From: an uncultured Methanosarcinales archaeon
GTDB lineage: Archaea; Nanobdellota; Nanobdellia; Woesearchaeales; JAGLXL01
Assembly (NCBI GenBank): GCA_964472345.1
Contig: CAYYLB010000006.1
Coordinates: 1-35,927, forward strand
DNA length: 35,927 bases
Reading direction: 5' to 3'
The notes under the pieces are model-generated. The model was not told where the DNA came from. It did not search any database and was given only the letters and a program-made list of their open reading frames with translations. This document shows, one piece after another, positions 15,115 through 22,900 of the stretch; the first letter of the stretch is position 1, and each line of letters begins with the position of its first letter. Made by a program: the position numbers and the translations under genes.

Positions 15115-16307
15115 CGCGCGGTCTGCATGAATCGCTCAATCCGGTCGTACGCCTCGTGCAGGATATCAGGCTGCGGCAGGAAGGCGACGCGGAAGTGCAT
15201 GGTGCCCTTCTGCTGGCCGAAGCCGGAGCCGTGCACCACGACCACGCCTTCGCGCTCCATGAGCTCAAGGACCCACTGCTTGTCGTCCGCATGTTTCGTT
15301 GAAGTGATACAGGGAAACGCGTAGAAGGCAGCGCGCGGCATGACACAGGAAACCCCCGTGATGGCGTTGAGCCGCTCGAAGGTGATTGTTGCGCGCTCCT
15401 GCATCTTCGCGACCGTCTGCGCGAGATGCTCCTGCGGCCCTTCGAGCGCCGCCTTGATGGCGAACTGGGGCGGCGTGGGGCTGCAGAGCCTTGCGTCGAG
15501 AAGGTTGTTGATCGTGCTCGCGCAGGCGCTTGAGGGCTCGATGTTGCTCTCGATGATCCAGCCGGCGCGCCAGCCCGGCGCGAGGTAGTTCTTGGACAGG
15601 CCGTTGAACGTGAAGACCGGGACATCGGTCGTCAGGCTCGCAGCGGGGACATGCGCCGCGCCATCATAGAGGAGCTGGTCGTAAATCTCGTCGGAGATGA
15701 TCGGGATGCCGCGCTCACCCGCAATATCAACGACCTGCTGGACGGTTTTCCTGCCCGCGACACCTCCGGTGGGGTTGTTGGGGTTGATGAGCAGGATGGC
15801 GCGCGTCTTTTCCGTGACGCTCCTGCGCAGCTCGTCGGCATCGGGCTGCCAGCCGTCGTCCTCACGGAGCGGATAGGGAGCGATGGAAGCGCCGATTTTC
15901 GTTGCGACGGCATGGTACAGCGGATAATTGGGGACAGGAGCGAGGATGTTCTCGCCGGGGTTCAGCAGCGTCTGCAGCACGATGTCGACTCCTTCGCTGA
16001 CACCCGTGGTGACGGCCACATTCTCGCTGCTCACCTGTGCGATGCCTTTCTTCCTCGCGCTGCGTGCGATGGCTTCCCGCGCCTCGTCGACGCCGGAGGA
16101 GAATGCATAGTAGTTCTTGTTGCCGTACAGCGCAGCGCTGCACGCATCGAGCATGTGCCTCGGCGCAGGAAAATCATACTTTCCCGGGTCGCCGATGTTG
16201 AGGTAGATCAGCTTCCTGCCCTGCCTCTCGAGCTCTTGTGCGCGGCGCGCGACATTCCTCACGGCATAGGTGACCTTCGCTGCGTTGCGTGACACCGGAA
16301 TGTCCAT
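15111..16307 (-). CDS. Class I/II aminotransferase (alanine aminotransferase-like)
   Basis: LNIGDP, GVSE, NPNNPTG, SDEIYD, GLSKNY..PGWRAG, HGSGFG, HFR. Confidence 0.93.
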   Translation of the reverse strand: MDIPVSRNAAKVTYAVRNVARRAQELERQGRKLIYLNIGDPGKYDFPAPRHMLDACSAALYGNKNYYAFSSGVDEAREAIARSARKKGIAQVSSENVAVTTGVSEGVDIVLQTLLNPGENILAPVPNYPLYHAVATKIGASIAPYPLREDDGWQPDADELRRSVTEKTRAILLINPNNPTGGVAGRKTVQQVVDIAGERGIPIISDEIYDQLLYDGAAHVPAASLTTDVPVFTFNGLSKNYLAPGWRAGWIIESNIEPSSACASTINNLLDARLCSPTPPQFAIKAALEGPQEHLAQTVAKMQERATITFERLNAITGVSCVMPRAAFYAFPCITSTKHADDKQWVLELMEREGVVVVHGSGFGQQKGTMHFRVAFLPQPDILHEAYDRIERFMQTAR

Positions 16308-16342
16308 AATCTATAAAAGGGCGTGCGGTATTTATATGGGTT

Positions 16343-16852
16343 ATGGTCGCTGGACGGGCAGGAGGGGGCCCGATGCAGGGTTGTTGCGGAATGGGATGCT
16401 GCCTGCTGGTGGGGAGCGACGCCCAGCAGAATGATTATATCTGGCTGAATACGCCCGGAACGATTCCCAACCCGTGCGGGGGCAATGACTGGGCTGCCTG
16501 CACGAAGGATGCGCAATGTTCTTCGGGCAGGTGCGATGATGGGAAGTGCAGCCCCTGCAATTCGAGAGAATGCACGCATGCGAACAACCAGGTCTGCGTG
16601 GGGAATAATCAGGTCTATGCGACTAACCAGCTATTCTGCCAGCCCCAGCCCGGAGATGGTGATCTCTTCATTCAGTGTATAGCAGCCAATCACACCGGAT
16701 GCGAACAGCGGGGGTTCTATTATTGCACCAACCAAGGCGGTCAGGGATGGGCGTGGCGGGTGTGCGATGTGAAAGGCTGCGTGAACAATCAATGCTTGAC
16801 AGAAGTGCCGCAGATTTGCGTGGATACGGGGGTGGTGAGGGTTGAAATATAG
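16343..16852 (+). CDS. Cysteine-rich extracellular-type protein, probably a fragment (no signal peptide)
   Basis: Dense Cys pattern (C..DAQCSSGRC..GKC); ends at the first membrane-protein gene. Start uncertain (alternative ATG at 16373 after GGAGG). Confidence 0.55.
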   Translation: MVAGRAGGGPMQGCCGMGCCLLVGSDAQQNDYIWLNTPGTIPNPCGGNDWAACTKDAQCSSGRCDDGKCSPCNSRECTHANNQVCVGNNQVYATNQLFCQPQPGDGDLFIQCIAANHTGCEQRGFYYCTNQGGQGWAWRVCDVKGCVNNQCLTEVPQICVDTGVVRVEI

Positions 16853-17189
16853 GATGATGGATAAGAGTAAAGCTAAAAAAGGAATCGTAACCCTATTCTC
16901 AAACTTCTTAAAAACCTATAGAAATGGGTTAATCTACGGGTTGTTGGTCGGGGTAGCCTTTATTCCATTAACACTTTTGCTGGGGTGGGTTGTTCGGGGT
17001 CAGAGTAAGGCACTCTTATCAATAGTAACCCTCCCTTTTTATCCTGCTGCACTGATTGGATCATCCTTTTGTAGGGTGGGAAATGTTTGTAATGTTGGTC
17101 TTCCGGTTTTAGTTTTGACCCCATTGATCTATGCTGTCATAGGATTAGTAATCCAGATTTTGGTACAAGCCCTAAAGAGAAAAATATGA
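16842..17189 (+). CDS. Small membrane protein A (about 3 TM)
   Basis: Hydrophobic segments; C-terminal IYAVIGLVI..L..KRK. Start TTG 16842 or ATG 16854. Confidence 0.8.
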   Translation: MKYRMMDKSKAKKGIVTLFSNFLKTYRNGLIYGLLVGVAFIPLTLLLGWVVRGQSKALLSIVTLPFYPAALIGSSFCRVGNVCNVGLPVLVLTPLIYAVIGLVIQILVQALKRKI

Positions 17190-20100
17190 AAACACAACCC
17201 AGAAAATATCTCATAAACTTTCTGGTATTTTTACTCTTAGTATCACTAATAGACACAGTAAACGCCTTAAAGCAGAGTGTCCCCTTAATCAACGCTGATG
17301 ATGTTTGGGATAATGGATTTGAAGGTGATGGTGTGGGTGTTTGTGTACTCGATTCTGGAGTTGATAGAAATAATCCACTTCTTTCTGGAAAAGTCATTGT
17401 AGAAAAGTGCTTTTGTGATATTGGTGGTGGTTGTTGTCCCAACGGTCAAACAACACAAGAAGGTACAGGAGCTGCGGCTGATAGTTTTGGTCATGGGACA
17501 GCGGTAGCTGGGGTTGTGGTCTCTCAGCATAGCAAACGAAGAGGAGTCGCTCCTCGTGCGGCTATAGTTGCTGTGCGGGTTTCAGACGACGATGGAAACG
17601 TAGACTGGGCTGGGGTTAGGCAAGCTGTAGATTGGTGTAACAATGAAAGACTCACATATAATATTAAAGTTATTTCTATGAGTCTTGGACAAAGCCTTTA
17701 TGACAATATAGATTCTTGTAATAGTGCTACTCCTATACTCAGCCAGTCAATAACGAATGCGGCAAGTAATAGAATTTTTGTTACTGCTGGTGCTAGTAAT
17801 GATGGTAATATTACACATATAGGAAATCCTGCTTGTACCACTAATACCATCTCTGTTGGTGGTGTTTATGATACAAATATCCCCTATCCTTCTGTTGTGC
17901 TCGGATCATATTTCCCACCAAGCTTTACCTGCGCTGAGGTGTCTTTAAAAGATAAGATAACTTGTTATTCAAATAGGGGTAAGCTGTTGGATTTGCTAGC
18001 TCCAAGCAGCTTCATAAGAACAGTAACGTTTTCTCCTTTGTCTCCCCATGGAGATTCCGGGACATCTTTCGCTACTCCACACGTTGCTGGCGCAGCAGCC
18101 TTAATCTACCAGCTTAGTGATGAAAACAACCTTAACCTAGACCCAGATGAAATCAAAAACGTCCTTCAAGCCACGGGCAAAGAAATAAAAGACAAGACAT
18201 TCTTTGGCAAGGTAATCGGAAGATACAAAAGAATTGACGTTGCTGCTGCATTTGCCAGCCTTGACAGGTCATATTCTTTGCAAACTTTAAGCTGCGGCGA
18301 CGCTAACTTATATATCTCTAATACGGGAAGCTCACGTGATTATGTTGAGCACTTTACTTCATACAATCTCGCTCCCGGCCAATCTGTCAACCTAACATTC
18401 AATGTTGTTTCTTCCATGCTTACAAAGGATAATTACAACGGTGAAGTACAGGTATTCTCAAATGCGCAGGGCAATTCCACTATTGCAATCCCATTTAGTA
18501 TCTCTAAGTTTGCAAGCCAAGGTTTGGATGAAGCGAATGAAGGCACTTTGCTGGCATTATCCAGAAGACAGCCCGGCGCGCAGGGCATCTACCAAAGCAA
18601 GTTATTTATTGATCCGAATGAGACGGACAATCTGGAGATATTGTTTAATCTGCTGACGGATGCTGGGATAAGCTTTACCATAACACGACCTGACGGCTCT
18701 AATATTACTGGAAGCTCAATAGCTTCAAATCCGAACAGCACAATATTCGAGAATCCACAAAATGGGACATGGATTATCACTTTGAATACAACGGCAACAG
18801 ATGATGTTGACTTCTCCATAGAAACCACCCCCTTCCCTTCCGACAACCCCGCCACCGGCATCAACTTCTCCGATGTAAGGATAGGCTATATTGATACCTG
18901 TTCAGTACCGAACACAGCTGGCTTGCGCATCGCGATGCGGGCAACAGAAAATAACACAGCCCCCATCAACGCCACCAACGCAACCGACATGGCCTCAAAT
19001 GCGTTCTTGACAGCGTTGGTAACCCCAAATGATAAGTTAACAGTCAACCTGCCACCCAATGAAGTGATTATTGATGATACATTTGCGCAGACGCAGCTTG
19101 CTGATGTTCTTTTAACTGCGGACGTCGCATTGAAGAAAGAGAATGCAGCGGAGTTTGAGCAGGTGCTTGAGCAGGCGTGCAATAACTGGACGGCTACCAT
19201 TAACCAGACGACCTACTACCCCAAGATCAAGAATGCTTTCCACTGCCCTTCGTTCAGCGCGCGGAGGACCATCGTGATAAGCAACGCAACGCTCAACGGG
19301 ACGGAATGCGACGCCTATGTGAGCGGTGTCCAGCTGAAGATTCTCGAAACGGTTGACGGTGTGTGGGCTGATTATTCTTCCTATGGCCTGACGCAGAATG
19401 AGACGGATGATGCCAACAGTAAGCTGCCGGCGTGGAAGAGCACGCTCCAGAACCTGTTCGACACGGCTGACGTTCCTGTGCTGAACACGAAAGCCAATAC
19501 CAACGCGACCTACGCTGATCTGAGGCGTGTGAGTGCTTCCATCGCCATGGCTCACTGGTATAAGCAGCTGCCGCGGGAGAACCTGCTGCTTGCGGACCTC
19601 ATTGACAGTGAAAATATCACTGCGGTTGGCGTCAACCGCACCTTCAATGAGTCCTATTGGGTCGCGCAGAGCTACCAGAAGCTCTTCACGACTGATTTGA
19701 ACCTCACGAACGGGAACTTTACGTTTGACTTCTATGGCGGAGTAGCGTTTGACAATGTGACTACCACCACTATTGGGAATATCAGCTCAGAGACACAGAT
19801 AGCAATCGACAATTCTCTAACCAAAAAATCTCAAAACATAAGCGCATTGTATTACTATTCTTCCATGCTCCTGAGTGATAAGCCTGATCTCAAACCGCTC
19901 TCGGTTTACTTCAACACCAGCCAACCGCTCATCAATCAGCAGGTCGATATCACTGCAGTCGTCAAAAACAAGGGCGGCCAAGCCGCTTCGAATTTCACCG
20001 TCAGGTTTTATTCCGAATACTTTTATCCCACCGGTGATTTCGTGCTCGTCAACATAGGAGAGCGCAATATCACCGGTCTCGCCGCAGGACAAACGACAAC

Positions 20101-20638
20101 CGTTTCATTATTAGGGAACTTCTCTTTTACAGGCGATCATGACGTCTTCGCTGAAGTAGATTCTGGAAATACTGTCCTCGAAAGTAATGAGCTCAATAAT
20201 CTGCGTTCGTCAACAATAACCGTTGCGACGCCCTCCCCCACCGCCGCCATCACCTCGCCCTCAGACAACACCGGATTTTATGCGTATGAAACTATAACCT
20301 TTGAAGGCTCAGCGAACGACCCGCAGGACGGCGCTCTGAACGGAACGTCTTTGACATGGAAATCTAATCTGGATGGGAGTTTGGGAACGGGCACAAGCAT
20401 CTCAGCCGCTTTATCGACGGGCTATCACACAATAACACTTACTGCAACCGACAGCGACGGAAACGTTAATAACGCGACGATACAAATTCCGATAACTGCG
20501 TCTGCGCCGCCGGAAGCTTTCATAACAAGCCCAGTCGCTTCCCAGAAATTCATCTTCGGAAAAGTGATAAACTTTGAAGGGTATGGGAAGGATAAGGAAG
20601 ACGGGGTAAAGATATTAAATGAAGGTGAGGGATTATGA
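17186..20638 (+). CDS. Secreted multidomain S8 (subtilisin-like) protease: signal peptide, S8, Ig-like/PPC-like, uncharacterised domain, CARDB, PKD/Ig-like; ends mid-repeat
   Basis: Catalytic triad VLDSG / HGTAVAG / SGTSFATPHVAG; CARDB PDL...VDSGNTVLESNELNN; repeat ITSP...FEGSANDPQDG...HTITLTATDSDG followed by a second copy cut after FEGYGKDKEDG. Many N-x-S/T sequons. Confidence 0.9.
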   Translation: MKTQPRKYLINFLVFLLLVSLIDTVNALKQSVPLINADDVWDNGFEGDGVGVCVLDSGVDRNNPLLSGKVIVEKCFCDIGGGCCPNGQTTQEGTGAAADSFGHGTAVAGVVVSQHSKRRGVAPRAAIVAVRVSDDDGNVDWAGVRQAVDWCNNERLTYNIKVISMSLGQSLYDNIDSCNSATPILSQSITNAASNRIFVTAGASNDGNITHIGNPACTTNTISVGGVYDTNIPYPSVVLGSYFPPSFTCAEVSLKDKITCYSNRGKLLDLLAPSSFIRTVTFSPLSPHGDSGTSFATPHVAGAAALIYQLSDENNLNLDPDEIKNVLQATGKEIKDKTFFGKVIGRYKRIDVAAAFASLDRSYSLQTLSCGDANLYISNTGSSRDYVEHFTSYNLAPGQSVNLTFNVVSSMLTKDNYNGEVQVFSNAQGNSTIAIPFSISKFASQGLDEANEGTLLALSRRQPGAQGIYQSKLFIDPNETDNLEILFNLLTDAGISFTITRPDGSNITGSSIASNPNSTIFENPQNGTWIITLNTTATDDVDFSIETTPFPSDNPATGINFSDVRIGYIDTCSVPNTAGLRIAMRATENNTAPINATNATDMASNAFLTALVTPNDKLTVNLPPNEVIIDDTFAQTQLADVLLTADVALKKENAAEFEQVLEQACNNWTATINQTTYYPKIKNAFHCPSFSARRTIVISNATLNGTECDAYVSGVQLKILETVDGVWADYSSYGLTQNETDDANSKLPAWKSTLQNLFDTADVPVLNTKANTNATYADLRRVSASIAMAHWYKQLPRENLLLADLIDSENITAVGVNRTFNESYWVAQSYQKLFTTDLNLTNGNFTFDFYGGVAFDNVTTTTIGNISSETQIAIDNSLTKKSQNISALYYYSSMLLSDKPDLKPLSVYFNTSQPLINQQVDITAVVKNKGGQAASNFTVRFYSEYFYPTGDFVLVNIGERNITGLAAGQTTTVSLLGNFSFTGDHDVFAEVDSGNTVLESNELNNLRSSTITVATPSPTAAITSPSDNTGFYAYETITFEGSANDPQDGALNGTSLTWKSNLDGSLGTGTSISAALSTGYHTITLTATDSDGNVNNATIQIPITASAPPEAFITSPVASQKFIFGKVINFEGYGKDKEDGVKILNEGEGL

Positions 20639-21066
20639 GTAAAAAAATAAAAGGACTTAAAGTATATATTATAACAACGATCATTTTTGCTGTTCTAGGG
20701 GCAGCGATTGCGATACCCACTGCCGAATTATCAGCAAACTTAGAATTAAAACATTGTGAACCGGCCATACTTGATGAGAGATTCCAAAATGATGTAAATG
20801 GTGTTCCATTATGCGAAAAATTATCTGAAGAAAGAGTAGCTGGAATGAATCAATTTTGTAAAGATGGAAAACTCTACTCTCTTCAGAAAAAAGAATCGTG
20901 CATAAACAAAGTAATCTTTTTTCCATTCTTTCCTTGGGTAGAAAATATGCATTCGGATGCAGGTTTGGCTATAATCCCACTGGTTATAATTTATGGTGGT
21001 TTTGTAGGATTTTTAATTGGTTTGTTGATATCTTTTATAATTTATAAGATTAAACGAAATGGTTAA
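20635..21066 (+). CDS. Small membrane protein B
   Basis: N-terminal TM, Cys-containing loop, C-terminal TM IYGGFVGFLIGLLI...KIKR. SD GAAGGTGAGG upstream; ATGA overlap with the protease gene. Confidence 0.85.
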   Translation: MSKKIKGLKVYIITTIIFAVLGAAIAIPTAELSANLELKHCEPAILDERFQNDVNGVPLCEKLSEERVAGMNQFCKDGKLYSLQKKESCINKVIFFPFFPWVENMHSDAGLAIIPLVIIYGGFVGFLIGLLISFIIYKIKRNG

Positions 21067-21676
21067 CACACAAGCAAAAATAAATATTGGGGTAATGTTA
21101 CATTTAGTAGTTATTTCTTTGATTTTTGTTACGATAAATGTTAGTGCGACCGATTGGTACAAAGGTAGCTTGCATCAACACACTGGGTTTAGTACAGAAA
21201 CGGGGTACGATGGAGTAGAGGGCCAAGGGGGCGACGATTGTTCAGAATTGCTAGAAGGACTTCCACAAACAATAGAATATGGCAAAAACGTTTCAAACCT
21301 TACCCAATCCGCCCTCAGCAAAGGCCTTTCCTGGCTCTCCTTCACAGACCATTCATACTGCTTGGACGAAAATGAGTTCAATGTTGTGAAAAACGACTGC
21401 AACACAGAAGATTCAGCTAGATCTAATTTCGCCTGCTTGTCGGGAACGGAACTGAGCGTTCGGGAGCACTCTCCTGAAATTGAGCCAATCATTTCTACCT
21501 CATGCGCAAATGTTTTATTTGGTGAAGCGCATCTTGGCGCCAACGGGATCAACAGCTATGTCGGGCAGTATCCTTTCGGGTTTCACTGCCCAATATCGCC
21601 AAAAGCGCAGACTGGGATTAACGATGCAAACAATATTTTAGTTAATTTAACTGAAAAAGAAGGTGAGGATTTATGA
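21059..21676 (+). CDS. Secreted PHP-domain (CehA/McbA-like) metallohydrolase, N-terminal fragment 1
   Basis: Signal peptide, WYKGSLHQHT, FTDH, GTELS, AH; lacks the later AHP and D-x-H motifs. Confidence 0.8.
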   Translation: MVNTQAKINIGVMLHLVVISLIFVTINVSATDWYKGSLHQHTGFSTETGYDGVEGQGGDDCSELLEGLPQTIEYGKNVSNLTQSALSKGLSWLSFTDHSYCLDENEFNVVKNDCNTEDSARSNFACLSGTELSVREHSPEIEPIISTSCANVLFGEAHLGANGINSYVGQYPFGFHCPISPKAQTGINDANNILVNLTEKEGEDL

Positions 21677-22206
21677 AAAAAACAACCATATGGAAATTTA
21701 TTTTAATTGGGTTAATGCCAATTTTGTTCATAAATTTTTTTAGGATAATTATCCAATTAGGACCCAACCAATTTAAAGGAGTTTCATTCTCCAACCTAGT
21801 TTATGGGTTGATTATAATATTCGGGATGATATTGTATGGTTTGATATTGGCATTTATCACATCAATCCCAAGTCTTGTAGTTGTTGGGCTATGTTCTTTT
21901 GTGATTTACTTTCTAAATAGAAACAAAATGGGAAAAGGAATTGTTTATATACTCACAATTGTCAGTTTTGCAATTATGGGATTATTTCTTTCATATAGTT
22001 TGTTTGGCATAACTGATAAGATGGATGCATTTATATATCCAAATTTTATGTTAAAGTCAATAAACAGTGCCCATCCAGATGATTTTATTAGTGGTGCATT
22101 CTTACTTTCGAATTATGGTGTAGTTGTAGGATTTGTTGTGGGGTTATTTGTTTCGATTATTTATTATTTCAGAAAAAAACTTATTGGTAAAAAATATGAG
22201 AAATAA
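21673..22206 (+). CDS. Membrane protein C (4-5 TM)
   Basis: Multiple hydrophobic segments; C-terminal NYGVVVGFVVGLFV...FRKK. SD GAAGGTGAGG upstream; ATGA overlap with the PHP-1 gene. Confidence 0.85.
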   Translation: MKKTTIWKFILIGLMPILFINFFRIIIQLGPNQFKGVSFSNLVYGLIIIFGMILYGLILAFITSIPSLVVVGLCSFVIYFLNRNKMGKGIVYILTIVSFAIMGLFLSYSLFGITDKMDAFIYPNFMLKSINSAHPDDFISGAFLLSNYGVVVGFVVGLFVSIIYYFRKKLIGKKYEK

Positions 22207-22900
22207 AAATAAGTCAATAATAAGAGTATTGCTTCTTACAGCAATATTTGTACTCAGCTTAGATGTTGTACTTGCCGATTGGTATAAAGGATCAACACAC
22301 CAACATACGGGTTTTAGTACTGCTAAAGGCTATGACCATAACCTAGTTACACTTAATGATATGTGCCCCCCCACTGTAGAAGGAAACCCATTTGATTTCC
22401 CGACTGAGGGTAATATTGTATCGGAGCTTAAACAAAACGCAACCGCTTTGAATCTTTCCTGGTTGGCTTTCACAGATCACAGCTACTGTTTAGACCAGGA
22501 CGAATTCCAGACTGTTAAAACAGACTATTCTAACGCGCAACAAGCAGGAACATTTGCCTGCTTGAACGGGGAAGAATTAAGTGTAAGTGAGGAAGTGCTC
22601 GATTTCGAATCACACGTAACATTAGGGGGTACATGCCGCAACATTCTCTATGGCGAAGCACACATACAAGCTGTCGGCATTGATAGCTATATCGCACAAA
22701 CGCCTTTTGGCGTGCACTGCCCACTTGCGCCAAAAGCGCAGAAGGCTATAAAAGACATCAAATCAAAAAATGGCTTGGCGATTATAGCACATCCAGATTC
22801 TGTGATCGGTTTTGAATTTTTGGATTTTGAGGGCATAAACAAAGTTAGAGATGAGGATGGGATAGAGATATGGAACGGAGAGTGGGGGGTGCCGGAATGA
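22196..22900 (+). CDS. Secreted PHP-domain metallohydrolase, N-terminal fragment 2 (paralog of 21059-21676)
   Basis: Signal peptide from ATG 22196, WYKGSTHQHT, FTDH, GEELS, AH, IAHP, GIEIWN; stops before the terminal D-x-H motif. Confidence 0.8.
   Translation: MRNKNKSIIRVLLLTAIFVLSLDVVLADWYKGSTHQHTGFSTAKGYDHNLVTLNDMCPPTVEGNPFDFPTEGNIVSELKQNATALNLSWLAFTDHSYCLDQDEFQTVKTDYSNAQQAGTFACLNGEELSVSEEVLDFESHVTLGGTCRNILYGEAHIQAVGIDSYIAQTPFGVHCPLAPKAQKAIKDIKSKNGLAIIAHPDSVIGFEFLDFEGINKVRDEDGIEIWNGEWGVPE

Noticed and set aside
3865..16292. Numerous long overlapping or antisense ORFs in the GC-rich backbone (e.g. 10134-11414, 11194-12069, 5734-6354)
   Set aside because: Shadow ORFs expected from high GC3; each overlaps a gene with clear family motifs and has none of its own.
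16352..16378. Possible fourth gene-end duplication (GGAGGGGGCCCGATGCAG resembling the hemK2 start region near 22877-22905)
   Set aside because: The similarity is short, gapped and explainable by G-rich SD sequences; it cannot be supported without an empty-site allele.
21059..22900. Diversity-generating retroelement template/variable repeat pair
   Set aside because: The paralogs differ at all base types with indels, not only at adenines, and there is no reverse transcriptase in the window.
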